64,000 nt of DNA, from assembly GCA_043228905.1 (NCBI GenBank), contig JBHGNT010000003.1, positions 3,720,001 to 3,784,000 on the forward strand, given 5' to 3'. This document shows, in pieces, positions 1 to 22,930 of the stretch. The position numbers and the translations under genes were made by a program. Under the pieces are notes generated by a model that searched no databases, was not told the origin of the DNA, and saw nothing but the letters and a program-made list of their open reading frames with translations. This stretch comes from Azolla caroliniana (lineage: Eukaryota > Plantae > Polypodiophyta). Each line of letters starts with the position of its first letter. The first letter of the stretch is position 1.

Positions 1-1343
1 CAATATATTGACATGAAGTTTGAACAATAAAAATAAAATAAGCACTAGGATTGCCAGTGATACTGTGGTTGATAAGTGTAGTAAAAATTGATACCCACTC
101 CAACCACAAAAGACAAGTCTATTTATAAGTTCTTGTAAATGTGCACATTGCATATCTTTGCATATGCCATGTACGTTCATGAATTATAGCGTAAGAAATG
201 GGGCTTGATCTTTATCGAAAACAATGATTGACCAAGAACTCCAAATCTTGGTGAAGATGCAAAAACAAGGCCACAAATGAAGCCACATGGGGTAGCAAGA
301 TTAGATTTATAGTAGCGAGAAACTAGATGAATAAGACAAGTGTAGGATGGGTACAAAGACAATTGATTTATATCATCATTCAAAGTATGCCATAAATGTC
401 ACTATCTTTAGTGTTGGGCCCCATTAACGAAAAGGGCCTACCCTTCTCCTTCTAACCCCTTTACTCATGGTATGTTGGAGATATGTTTTGTCTTCTTCCC
501 TTTTATGTATTCCAAGGTTCTTTTTCGTCATGTTTAATAAATCTATCATCCCTACCAAGAACTTAATTGGGATGTTTCCAAACTCTTAAGCTACTTTCTA
601 CATGACAATGAAGACCGGATATTTCTATGAGGCTACTTATCTATACTCGACATTTGCGCCCTTTTTGATATTTTGAAGAGAGGAAGATATATTGTCTTCA
701 CTTTATGGAATGTGCATTGACCTATGGGCACGTAATTAGAATATTGTGAGTATAAAATCGATGTAAAATAAATCAAAGATAACAACAACAATGAGGATCG
801 TTCTTTTGAAATATGTGAAGGAAAGCTAGATAAATCATCGATCATAGTGCTTATAATGTAACAAGTAAAGAGGATTTACTGTAAATCCTCTATATAACAT
901 CTTCTAGCCTTAGAATTCTCTTAGAATTTGCACGCGCACTTAAATTCACTAATTTCTAGAATGCACACACTTCAATAAAGTCGTAAGCATAAGCATAATA
1001 GTGCGATATTGTAAATATGATAATAGAAACTCTTTCAACAATATGAATGACTCCATTATCATAGAGACAATGCTAATACAAGTCATTCAATTTTAGTTTT
1101 TATTAAAAATGAAGATAGACACCCTTCTAATCATATATGCATGTGATGCTAGAGCTTTCTCGTAAGGGGCATGAGGCTTTTCTTTTAGGACCAAGTATGT
1201 AGCATTACTTCCTACACTTAATGAAACTAATTTTTACAATCTATTGACACGTTAACATATTTGAAGGCTAAAGAGAAAATAAAACTTAATGAGCAAGTTA
1301 TGTAGAATCTCTCAATCATATAACATAGTTGTCATAAAAATAA

Positions 1344-1656
1344 GGGAAAAGTACCAAGATGCCCTTGGAAGTTCGTCTATTTACTAGAATGCCCCTAGAA
1401 GTTCCAAATTTACCAAACTACCCCTATGTCCAAAAAAATACACTTTATAAAGTAATTATACACTCAAATCTACAAGCCATATTTACCAAAATATCCTTAA
1501 ATCACAAATTTCTTTACTTAAGAGATTCTTTGGGTCCTTTGTACTTACTTTATAAAGTGTATTTTTTTGGACATAGGGGTAGTTTGGTAAATTTGGAATT
1601 TCCAGGGGCATTCTGGTAAATAGACAAACTTCCAGGGGTATCTTGGTACTTTTCCC
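1344..1656. mobile_element. Foldback MITE, Mutator-like, with ~110-bp terminal inverted repeats
   Basis: 1344-1453 (GGGAAAAGTACCAAGATGCCC...ACTTTATAAAGTA) is the near-perfect reverse complement of 1546-1656, around a ~90-bp spacer. Flanks TAAAAATAA / TAAAAAATAA resemble a 9-bp TSD differing by one A. Confidence 0.85.
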
Positions 1657-2916
1657 TAAAAAATAATTGATTTCAATCAATTTCTCTATCAAACGAGCAA
1701 ATAAATATTTATAGGCTATTATAGCCCAAACCACATATGCCACCTTCACAAGATTCCAAGTCAACTATAATGTAATTTGAGGCCAATCTAATGTTCCTGA
1801 AGATTGAGAGTGCACACATACAAAGATCATGCTCTAATTAGTCGCTCTAGCAAGATATCACGACTAGTTTCTAGATCCTCCCATGTAATGAAGATACTCG
1901 TTCATTCATCATGCATTATCAAGTTGTTTCTTATCAAGCATTTTTTCAAATTAACTTTTACAATGTTAGTAATATACATTCTAAACTCTTTCTCGAGTTA
2001 TCATCACTCATGATTCACTAGACAAGCACTCTAAAATATGGTCAACTCAAAGGAATAGGTGCTAAATAAAGCATAACAAAAACAACTAAATATGCTGCAT
2101 GCTCTTTAGTTGATATTACATTGCAGCTAACACATGTACATGCTTCTAATTTATCATCTCAAGCTCACAACACCAGAACCTTCCAACATCACAAAGTATT
2201 ATGTCATCTATGATTATAATCTATGCTACCATGTCTTTCTTTCACCTAAATGAGCGTAGCGTCTAAACATAGTACAACACATTATGAGATACAATACACG
2301 ACACATTGACCTGGAAAAGAAGTGGCATGCATTGATCATTTGTCACACCTCGTTTTGACAAAAACTGTTTACAACAGAATTTTGTACTCCCCAAGTCCCC
2401 GCAAGGTGCAACCTTTTTTTAAATTGCCCATTGAGTGCCAGTGCCTGCCTTTATTGAGGTTAAACTTGATGAAAGTAACAAGAAAGATGAAACAAAAAAA
2501 GAATATTATTTAGCAATAGAAATATGGTGTCAAATGCACCTCTAAGAATCAGAACAAACACGTCACCAAATTCACATGTCATCATCCGCATAACTAGAAA
2601 GGATGTTGAATAAAGAAGCATAATCGATTGATTATGAACCCATTAAAAGTTTAATGATTCCCGCTAGGAAATTAATGGCTGGTTTAAATCAATTATTTCA
2701 CTGAAACTTTTGAAAGTATTTCTACTGATGCAAGGCTTGCCAATGTATGGAATCAATTGATCCCTGGATTGATTATATACAACATTCTTTTAGCTTGTTC
2801 TCAATAACGACCATGAACCATGCAAAGCCTAAACATATTATCAAACCTTGAATTGGTTTAAATAGGCTTTTTCTATGGATTCCTATCTTGTCCTCGTGTT
2901 GTCAAGTTATATTTCC

Positions 2917-5900
2917 TCAGTAAACAGTACTTAATATTGGTTCACCTGACGCAGCAGAAGGAATTGTTGACCTTCGTGTTACTGTCATATTCAAGCCGGC
3001 TGTCGTGTGTATTGTGGCACCTGTTGTCATGCCCACCTGCCACACCATGCTCATTATATCGTTATTATTAAACTTCAATCTAAGACCTCATTGTAATGTA
3101 CTAAAGAATATGGTCATTATATATATTAGACTTCTATTTTCAACTCAATTGACGATCACATTAATGTGCAAATGATGATTTTTACTTGAACTCCAAGCCA
3201 GATCTTTCATTCAATATCCCACGGATTCATGCCTAATCTACTATTAAGACTTCTATCCCAATCAAAAGTGCAAAGGCAATATCTTGAATTATTAACCAAA
3301 GAAAATAAATTGCCATTGTATAGTTATTAGACTTCCAGTTGGACACAATGCAAAAATCTCATTAACATACTAACACATCCACATCCTTGATTAGAATTAG
3401 ACATTTATTAGTTCTATTTAATTGTATTAATGTACTAAGAATGTGACCATTCTCACATTTTTCTTTTCTTTTTGTTAATCCCTTACCGGTGGTGCTCCTG
3501 CTGTTAATTTAAAGTCGAACCGCCGGACAAGAATGGCTATAGATGAAATATTCTGAATGGCACTCATAGAGCACCGTGCAATTAATAATATCACATTAGC
3601 GTTAGTATTTTGATATATTGATCTTTTTTAACGCATTTAAAATCTTCTAGAAATTTTGCATATTATTACCTCAAAGGTAGCAAACATATCTCCAATACAT
3701 TTTCGAGCTCCTCCCCCAAATGGTAAGTATCTAGGGATCCAAGCAAACATAAAAAATGGATGGATACGTTATAGTTGGCTCTTGCGAAACTATGATCAGT
3801 ATTGAACTACTAAAACATGATAGATATAAATTGTGGATAGGTGGAGTTCGCATGCATGTCCACAAGAAACTTATAATTGTATAGCAATTAAGGTTGTGGA
3901 TTCAAGTGTATTCTGATGGTAACCTTAGGTTTAACTTTAAGCCCATTCTTTTTTTTTGGATCATGTTTTTATACTTGTTCATTTAAAACTAAAGTCTGAA
4001 GCAATAATGGATCTTAAAGTAATTTTAAAAAGGATTCACTGTTTTTTAGTCCAACATTCTGTTTAGACACTTCTAGAAAAATGGCTTTAAATTTTCGAAA
4101 ATTCACAACTCAAATATTGAGAATGATGAGAAATATGTAAAACTTACTTGAAGTTTTCTGTCACTTCATTTGGATCAGGACTATCAAGTGGCCATCTTTC
4201 CGGCTTAAATTCTTCAGCATCCTCCCATAAGCTTGGAGATCGGTGAAGATTCCACAATGAAATAAATATATCCTCACCTCTGATATATAATATATATATA
4301 TTTTCCGTGAAAAAGAAATCATGAATGTAACTTAACTGAAAGTTTGAATAAAGAAACAGAATAAGATGCTTACTTGGATATTTCATATTCTCCAAGAACA
4401 TCGTTTTCAAGGGAGCGTCTGATTAAGACTGGAGGTTGCGGATAAAGTCTTAACGTCTGCAAGATCAGGATTTTTGTTTCCTTTGAGATCAATACATAAG
4501 CTCCATATAGATCCTTATAAGTTAACAGTACTACCTCATTAATGACACGTGTTGTGTACTTGAGATTTTTCATATCCTCAATCCCTGGCATTCTGTCCCC
4601 AAGCACATCATCAACCTTCACAAACACGCCATTCAAATGAATCATTCAATCACCCATTTTGACGAGATTCAATAACCTCCTAAGGTTTCAGGAACCCTCA
4701 CTAGAAATTTTGGCATACCTCTTGTTGAACTTTCACCATGATAGTAGGATTCTATAGAAATAACACATACGAAAGAATCAACGTTATTACGCTAGCAATT
4801 AAGGATCAAGTGTTATTAAATTGGCAAAATGTTAACAAAGAGTTAGTGAAAACTCGCTTGGCTCTCCTACCTTTGCCAATAGATAGAAAGCCCATGTCAG
4901 AACTGCCGCTGAGGTCTCGTGGCCAGCAATAAGAAGTGTCATTAGATCATCGCGAAGTTGTTTACTTGTTACCTTCACCATCAAAGTGCACATAAAATTA
5001 TATATGGAAAAACAAACAAAAAAACCATGATGTTGACTTTGTAAGTTTGAGATACGTCACCAACTCACATCATCCCCAGAAGCTAAAAGAAAATGCAAGA
5101 TACTTGGGTCCCTCTCATTCATGTACTCTTCACTGAAGTTCACATTTTCCTCATCAATCATTTTCTGCAATTGAAGTATATCATAAGAGCTGAAGACAGA
5201 TGGGATGTTCATGATAAAAAGAAACTTATGAGAATGACAAAAAAAAAATGATAATATACAAAAACTTATAATACCAAGGGTATACCAGGTTTTCCTGATA
5301 TCAAAGTTAACTTAACCTAGATACATTTCGGCTCTTGACCCAGATTTAGATTTAAAAGTCAGTATATTGGAAAAATGTGGTTTACTTTTCAGACAATAAC
5401 AATTCACTCTTGTAATAACATCTTGAACAGTACCTTACAGATAGCTATGAGATCATCCAATGTCTTATTGATCAGATTAAGAGAAATTGCCACTTCCTGC
5501 TGCCTTGGATAAATGTCTTTGATAATAGGTATTTTCCAATATGGTATAACTGATACACTCCGTTCTTCTGCCTCCCGTAAAACCACATAAACTGCCTGGA
5601 AAAGGTGGGTGGCCAAATTTAGAAGTACATTTAAGGCAGGCCACCAGGGAAATAGGAATAGAAACAAATACAGCACCCAGATACTCACCTCTACAATACC
5701 TGTATCATGAGATAATGAATCAAAATCATAGTTGAAAACTGCTTTTCCAATTATGTCTAGAGTCAAGCGAGAAAACATTGATTCCATCTCTACATTTTCA
5801 CCATTGCTAGCAGCAGAGTCAAGCTTCTCACAAAGGTTCATGGCTGCTCTGCCAAATAATCCAACCATCTCTGCAACATACTGCAGTTTTTGAAATATCA

Positions 5901-7739
5901 CAGTACTTGTCATCATACATTTCTACTCATCAACTGGCATGAAAAACTCTCAAATTTCAAAGCAGATCACAGGATGTATCTTAACAAACATGTTTAGGTA
6001 TCATAGTCGAATACCCTCCCCTTTAACATAAAGAAAGAAAACAAGCACCTTTTTATGTAAAGCAGGGACAATTATACGTCTTCGAACACGCCATATTTCC
6101 TCCTCTGCTGGTATCAGCCCTTTTCCCATTACAAAATCCAATACCTCTGCAAGGATGCCCTGTTAAATGAAGCTCTAAAAAGAACCTGTTAGCAACCCAT
6201 AGCTTTTTAAAGAATCAACTAAGAACAACAGCATAAAAATAATGGCATCTATTTGTTGTGCTTCTTACCTTAGAATAAGCCTTCGTATTGTCTCTCAAAA
6301 GCCGCTTTGCCATCACAGGATCGGAAACAATTAGAAACGACTGTGGACAAGAGCATACACATTTGCATTGGTATAGCACACAACTGCACAAAATTCAGAG
6401 ATAATCTTCTGTGGAACTTCTATTACTTCTCTTTAGAAAAGGAAGCAATTTACCTTTGGTCCAAATGTTAGCCTGAAGATGCCACCATAGGTCAAATAGA
6501 GATCAAACAAAGGTAAAAAGAAAGGTTCTCCTGCGATAGCTCGCACATTGCCTTGTGCTTCTGGAATCCTCTTTGCCTTCTCAAGAAGATAATTTTTCTC
6601 AATTTTTTCAAGAAACTGCACAAGCATACGCCCCGGTTGCCCAAAGGTTTGCAAGAATTCACGTAATTTCCCAAGATTTCCCCTGCATTTCGAATTCTCT
6701 AATTATTTGAGTCACAACTGATATAGGACAAACACTTATCCAGAAAAGAAGCATGTTACTTTGGGCCACCAACTGTGAACTCGCCCGACAATATTCGATC
6801 TTTAAGATCATATTCATATTTTGACACCTTTTCCAATCTTTCCTCGGTGACATCATCCGGAGATCCATTTTCCTTTGAGGATGCATGTGTCACAGTGGAA
6901 TATGATAAGGTACCTGTTAGAAGAAGTGGCATACATAATGCCAATATTGTCTCAGCACACATGATTAGTGGCAGATAAAGAAAATGGCAGTGGTCATCTC
7001 TATACAGGCAAGGTAAAATGAAACAACATCAAACATGAGACATGAAAGGTATGTGGATGCATAAAATACATTCTGTTAATATATACCCAACATATTTATA
7101 CCACATTTAGTGACTAGAAAAGAATGAATGGTAATTCACATACATGGAAGAAACAATGGAAAACAAGAGCAAGATGTTTGAACATATAGCATGTCAATGT
7201 TTACTTAATTCTTATCTCGTTGCACATTAGGAAGGCAACAAAAAATATGAGAAACAGCAATTCAATGCATGCAAAAGGTAATTGAAAACACAAACAAATA
7301 TCAAATACGATGACATAGACTGTATAACCAATAAAAAACTCTCTTTTCTTATCATCGTACATGCAAATAGCGATGGAAAACATGTTGAAATACTATAGAG
7401 AACGTATGTTAATAAACAACTTTATATTCCTATCTCAAAGCATACTATTAACAGTTAAAAACTGAAAGAAAATAAACTGTACATGCAGAAGTTAATGGAA
7501 AGGAAACCGAATATCGCATCATAAGAAATAAGCAAAACAATTTGCATACCCGAAGAATTGTAGGGACCATGGGAGAAGCCGCTAGATGAGCCCCTGATGT
7601 AAATATTTCTTTTTACAGTAAAAGGTAATGGGGAAAAAGAAGAATGACAATGATGCTGCTGTTGATGATGATGAAGGTAATGTTTGCTCTGAGGTCGACA
7701 TGGATGAAGAAGAACCCCTGTCTGCAATGTATTAGCCAT
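2917..7739 (-). CDS. CYP97A: Cytochrome P450 CYP97A (LUT5-like carotenoid beta-ring hydroxylase), 16 exons, ~627 aa
   Basis: Exons 7739-7550, 6913-6760, 6682-6454, 6340-6269, 6159-6049, 5880-5689, 5595-5434, 5164-5069, 4972-4871, 4751-4719, 4615-4535, 4456-4374, 4279-4148, 3730-3670, 3552-3487, 3036-2917 all have GT-AG ends and join in frame (1884 nt). Motifs: RILSGEFTV (CYP97A-type N-region), [21 protein letters not shown]-helix AGHETSA, ETLR, PERW, heme [19 protein letters not shown]. The N-terminus looks like a transit peptide. Confidence 0.95.
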
Positions 7740-8064
7740 GGAAGAGCAAATGGGTCAAATTTGGTATGACCCACAAATGCGAGGGCACATATAGATGGGT
7801 AGAGATATAGCTTGGGTACTCAGGAGTGCTCCATCGCCATTTGTGGGCGACTTTGTGTGTGGGTGTGTGATTCGTGTGATTCAGGGCCTCTTCTTTCTTA
7901 TTGGAATGGGCAGGATCCCATCTTCTTCTTCTTCTTTGAGGATATGAAATGATTTATATGCATATGTTTGAGATTGGTTTTACTTCATTTGCCTTCTCAA
8001 GCCAAGGTTTTACTGGCTAGTGGCCACTACATATGTCTCTAATGATTCTTGACATTATTCTTAT

Positions 8065-8515
8065 ATAGAAGAGTTTTGGATGTTCTCAACATAGTGATCT
8101 CGTCGGGGGAAACGAATCTTGTTACTATAGACGGGATTCTAATGATGGGATAATGGTTTTGTGTGATGTTCTTTAGCCAGAGGAGGGGATAGAGTTTTGG
8201 ATGTTCTCCACCTAATATTTGTCATGATCTCATTGGAAAACAATGGTAGATTGAGAAATTAAAACGCAAGAAATGAATCTTGTTACTATAGTCGAGATTC
8301 TAATGATGTGATGATGGATTCGTGTGGTGTTCTGTGTAGCCAGAGGAGGGGATAGAGTTTTGGATGTTCTCCACATAATATCTTTCGTGATCTCATCAAA
8401 AAACAATGGTAGATTGAGAAACGAAAACGTGGGAAATGAATATTGTTACTATAGACGAGAGTCTAATGATGGGATGATGGTTTTGTGTGGTGTTCTATAG
8501 TTGGAGGAGGGGTAG
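8065..8515. repeat. Three diverged tandem units (~160 bp) in the CYP97A / S-acyltransferase divergent intergenic region
   Basis: AGAGTTTTGGATGTTCTC recurs near 8070, 8191 and 8354; TTGTTACTATAG recurs near 8119, 8280 and 8443. Confidence 0.8.
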
Positions 8516-9388
8516 AGAAACAATGGATTTTTTGGGGAGGTGAGTGGTTGTCCATAAGATGTCAGAGGCCTTTGTTGGCATACATGTGGTATAAAGAGTG
8601 ATTCAAGAGGTGATTGAAGAAGGATTCCCCCCGTGTTTTGTGTACAGGTGTCGTGACTTTGTCCTTCGCCTACACAATTTTACTACCATATGTCTGTAAA
8701 TGGTTCTCGACACTATGATTGTATTTGGAGTCTTGGATGTCAAGGATATGAAACTATCTCATCCATTCTACCATTCATGAGCAAAGTTGAGAAACTAAAA
8801 TGAAGGTTCAACGAGTCTCATTATTATAGACAATAAGTATGAGGGTTACGAGACTGATGTCGTACCAAAATTGTTTGGCAGCACTGAGATGCTCCCCAAT
8901 GATGGGATGATGATAGGCATGTTGTTGTGTAGCCATGTTTGATAGTTAGACCGCCATGTTAAATCTTGGTCAATTGCTTTGAGATGCCTTCATGGACAAT
9001 TTGTAGTCTCTTGATCCTACTAGTACATCCACTATTTTTTATTATTGGCGAAGATAGAGTCTTGGCTATAAGCCAAATCTCTAGTTTCTCGTTCCTACTA
9101 GTATATCCAATATTTTTTGTTATTGGAGAGTAGAGTCTTGGCAATAAGTCAAATCTAGTAAGTTTTCATCCATTTTTATGAATATTTGTAATATGAAACC
9201 CTCTGGTATTATCACCTATTAATATTACAGGAGTATTATTGAAACTATCTTGAATGTGAATGATTCCTTAAAAGGTTTAATTTTGGTATGAAAACTTGGG
9301 CTTTGGGGTTTTGATAGTGTTGGAGATATCAAGCTTAATTATCCGAACTGTGCGTGATCCCACGTGTAGCCATATTTTGGAAGATAGA

Positions 9389-9463
9389 AAAAATACAAGG
9401 GGCATTTCGGGAAATAGAGAAAATACAAGGGGCATTTCGGGAAATAACGAAAATACAGGGGCC
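9389..9463 (+). repeat. 30-bp tandem repeat (2.5 copies) just upstream of the S-acyltransferase start
   Basis: AAAATACAAGGGGCATTTCGGGAAATA twice, followed by a partial AAAATACAGGGGC. Confidence 0.85.
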
Positions 9464-9532
9464 AGTTCTGAGGGAGTGCGCGATGTGCTTTGCTTGCCTC
9501 TTTTTGACTTCGAAGAAATGAAAGCGCTGGCG

Positions 9533-16333
<6,801 letters not shown>

Positions 16334-17455
16334 CTTGTGCACTTGAAAGTGTATAAGATTATGAAGATATTTTCATCAATTTCAGTGTATTGGTGCTGAA
16401 TGAGAGTATAATATGTACATTAACTTTCTTTCTCGATATTTGTATAATAGCAGATGGAAGTGAGTAAGGTCTTTGACTGGAAACTGGCACTTGAATCACC
16501 CACTAAACAAATTCATTTGGCATTCATTTTTGAGCTTTTGTTTTGTTTCATATTTTTATGAGTGTGGGGATTAAATATTTTAAACTTGTTATCGAAGGTA
16601 AAATTGGGCACTGCCTACTGAAATCAATTTTCCTGCTTAACTGATCGAAGTAAAAGGTTTTGTGAGATATTCCCTCGTATTTTTGATGGTCTGAAATAGT
16701 GATGTTCCAACAGAAAAGACTTATTTACTGTAGATAGAAAGAGATTCTGTTTTGTACTTATTTGTTGGCTTCTAGAAACATTGGGCAACGATGATTGCTT
16801 GATGCTTGAATCTTAAACGAATCCATTAAGTGCATATTCACAATAAGCACCATATGTGTAATTTTGCAAAAGTTGGCCAAGGTTGTATGCAAATAGCCAT
16901 TTATGTGGCATTATAATGCACTCATGCCCTATAATGTTGGATTTCGGCTCAACATTTGTCTCATCTCAAGTGGTAGGAGTCATTGTTTGGTTCCCAAATT
17001 TAGGTGATTGTATGACATACACATAGTTGAGCCCTTTTCTCAACAATAAATTTGCTTGATTTGTTCACATTTTCAACATATCTAGGAATTTTCTTTGACC
17101 ACATCCATCACATGAAATTGGTTGCAACGGTGTTAAAAATATGACCATGCGTAATTGATAAGCTATTCTATTGGAGAAAAAATAAGCTCAAAATCCAATA
17201 AAATGCTTCAAGATGGGACGACTGATGAAGGAACCGTGCAAGTGATCCACCTGAACAATGCAAATCGGATATCAAAACCAAACATGTATTGAGGAACAAT
17301 CTTTGTTTGTAAAGAGAAAGGGTGCATAATGTCAAGATTCCAAAGGAACATGGTACCTTCTAGGTCATCTTCGAATTCACAATTATTATTGAACTCTCGT
17401 TTGGTCAGTTAAACCTTGGACCCCTAGCTCTCTGGCAAAAGCATATGAAGCTTTG

Positions 17456-17519
17456 AAACCCTAGCTTTGGGCGCATAATTTGTAATGGACATAAACTATC
17501 CGAAGCCATTTGAAGCCCA
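17456..17519 (+). promoter_or_regulatory. Telo-box (AAACCCTA) and site II-like (AGCCCA) motifs upstream of COX6a
   Basis: AAACCCTA at 17456-17463 and AGCCCA (reverse of TGGGCT) at 17514-17519, 240-300 bp upstream of the ATG. This pairing is known from angiosperm ribosomal-protein and respiratory-chain promoters. Confidence 0.45.
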
Positions 17520-17586
17520 TTCGAGCCACCTGCTCGTTTGCACCACCATCTCACCACACTTATAATTCTCGGGCTTTTTGTGAAAG

Positions 17587-17617
<31 letters not shown>

Positions 17618-17754
17618 GGTGTAGCATTCCTTTCATTCACCCAAATATAACACACACTCACACGCACAGAGAAAGCTGTCAACAATTAGGGCAAATTTGG
17701 TGGCCTGATTTACACAGGGTAAACACACAGACAGACAGACAGACGAGGACAACG

Positions 17755-20342
<2,588 letters not shown>

Positions 20343-20841
20343 GTTGTGTTCAGGTGCTTGTGTATTGAAGAAGGGTATATTGTGACAATTATGCTAGAGG
20401 GCAGAAAGGCCAGTTTTAATTCTGATTTACTTTTCATGTCCAGGTGGAAATTATTTGAGCACATGTGGATTTCACGAATGGCAAACATATTGAGTAGCCC
20501 GATTTGTGATTCTAAGAATAACCATAATGGGCAGAACAGCAAACTCTTTGTGTGGTTTATTGAACTTCAAAAGGAATAATATGGGGTGTTCGTTTTGTGC
20601 CGAGATTAATTGCTATTTATTATTAATCTCATTGATACCCTTGTCATTTATTAAGATGAAATGGTTTGCGAATGTTGAGTATTGATATGTATGTGTTTCC
20701 ACTCTTCTACGTAAAATTGGTGCCTGGTTTACTCTCTTATAAGCTCAGGATTGTTTTTGGACATGGATATGATGGGTTTATAAAGGGTTTGATGATGCAC
20801 GACTCCAGTCACTGTGGGAAACATTTTTCATAGAATAAGCA

Positions 20842-21345
20842 GGGAATTGAAACTATTCAGAACAACAATGTATTACGTGGTTGTCTATTATGAGCAGTCT
20901 TTAGAATAAAGAGTTGGAGTTTTTAGAACCTTTGGAATAGCAAGGAGATAAAAAGCAAAGCATCAGTTATTTTTGGTCAGTAAAATTATGCAGCATGTAT
21001 GAGATTGTCGGGAATTGAAACTATTCAGAACAACAATGTATTACGTGGTTGTCTATTATGAGCAGTCTTTAGAATAAAGAGTTGGAGTTTTTAGAACCTT
21101 TGGAATAGCAAGGAGATAAAAAGCAAAGCATCAGTTATTTTTGGTCAGTAAAATTATGCAGCATGTATGACATTGTCGGGAATTGAAACTATTCAGAACA
21201 ACAATGTATTACGTGGTTGTCTATTATGAGCAGTCTTTAGAATAAAGAGTTGGAGTTTTTAGAACCTTTGGAATCGCAAGGAGATAAAAAGCAAAGCATC
21301 AGTTATTTTTGGTCAGTAAAATTATGCAGCATGTATGACATTGTC
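20842..21345. repeat. Three nearly identical 168-bp tandem repeats downstream of COX6a
   Basis: GGGAATTGAAACTATTCAGAACAAC starts at 20842, 21010 and 21178; I see only about two substitutions among the copies. Confidence 0.97.
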
Positions 21346-21759
21346 TAGTACTTTGTGTTGAACCTTACTGACCTAAAAGAAGTGTATGTATGGCATGACC
21401 ATTTGAGATGATCAACCATAGTAGTTATGTCATGTACCAAACCAATGGTGTACATATACTTATTTGAGACATTTGTAGCAAAATTTTCCACTTGGCAAAA
21501 TAATATAATGTTGGTTGTTTATCGTGTAGGCATTGCAATTGTGTACATTTTGACTATTAATGGACATGTTTATGCCTTGCTTTTAACTAATAACATATAG
21601 ATGGAAGAATTAGCAGCATATTTTACATCAAAAGATGTTGGGACATTTGGGGAAAGGGATTTAGAGTTACCTTAGAATTTAAAAAGTCTAAGCCAATCAT
21701 GAATCTTACTAACAAAAATATAATATGTATATAATATATATTTCATCTATGGAGTGATA

Positions 21760-22560
21760 AATTAGAACACATGATTGCCAAGTTTGTAAAGGAAGAAAAC
21801 ATTGAAGTTGTCATTGGGAATGTAGTCATCATGCTATTGTTGGATGTAGTTATCATTGAATGCATTGAAAGAGTTTTGGATTCATACTAAGTTCAATGTC
21901 AATAGCTTTAGAAGAAAGATTATGCTTTTAAAGAGCTAAAATAAGGATAAACCATGCATTATGTATGATAATGAGCCACTTGAAATTGTGGAAAGATTTA
22001 AATATTTTGGCCTTGAAGTTCCTTCAAATTATACATAGGTTGAATATGATGTCAATTGCTTAAAGGCGGGAAAGAGAACATATGCAATCACAGAGAAATC
22101 AAGTATTTAATCCTCAAGAAATATATTTTCAACACTTTGGTGACATTGGTGCTTATTTATGGGGTGGAAGTATGGGGTGGTTGCATCCCTAAGTCTGTTT
22201 GGAAAGAGTCTAAAAATATCCAAAAGCATTTTCTTACAAAGTTTCTCCAAGTCAAGAAACAAATGCCATACACCCTCCTACTTCTTGAGACAAGATTACT
22301 TCCCATGGTGGAATATATGCTTAAGGTTCAAAACTTCAAAAAAGTCACTCCCATCAACCTTCTAGAATCACATGGGAAGCAAGCAAAAAGATCCAAAATA
22401 CATATAAACACAAAATTTTGTGTTCCGGTTTGATGCAAGATATAGAAAAAAATGGTTTGGAAGATGGGATGCAACACACTTGCTTCATGATGCATCAATA
22501 GATTTCTATGTAACCGAGGCTTTTCTACAATGCCAATGTATCATGACATGGGAAAAATGA
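21760..22560 (+). mobile_element. Decayed non-LTR retrotransposon (LINE) reverse-transcriptase C-terminal fragment
   Basis: Frameshifted peptides EPLEIVERFKYFG and FNTLVTLVLIYGVEVWG...IQKHFLTKFLQVKKQ, typical of the LINE RT thumb region. Confidence 0.75.
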
Positions 22561-22649
22561 GGAGGCTCACGCACCTAACTATAAAATCATGCTCTTCGTC
22601 GAATGGGGAAACCACTCACATCAATACATGTCGTAGCACATCTTGTTGT

Positions 22650-22930
22650 CGTCCATTCGAACCATTGCTTCCACGCAACTTAGCTCACACTCACTATAAT
22701 GAGAGTAATCGACTATGCACACTTAGCCTAAACAAGTTTGGGAGTATGACAAAGGGATGGACTCTAACATCAATACATGTAAGAACCTATCCCCTTTATT
22801 GCCCATTTGAACCATTGCTCCTATGCAATTTAACTCACACTCATTATGATGTGAGACACAGTGTTGGGGCACAAGTGATGAGAGTAATTGACTATGCACA
22901 CTTTTCAATAAACAATTTCAGGAGTATGAG
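22650..22930. repeat. Diverged tandem duplication
   Basis: CCATT(C/T)GAACCATTGCT...CTCACACTCA...GAGAGTAAT...GACTATGCACAC occurs at ~22653 and ~22803. Confidence 0.7.

Noticed and set aside
9296-9517. Long N-terminal extension of the S-acyltransferase ORF in the track
   Set aside because: Starts at a non-ATG codon and runs through the 30-bp repeat; homology begins at SEIE.
20842-21345. CRISPR-like periodicity
   Set aside because: Contiguous identical units with no unique spacers, no cas genes and a eukaryotic context.
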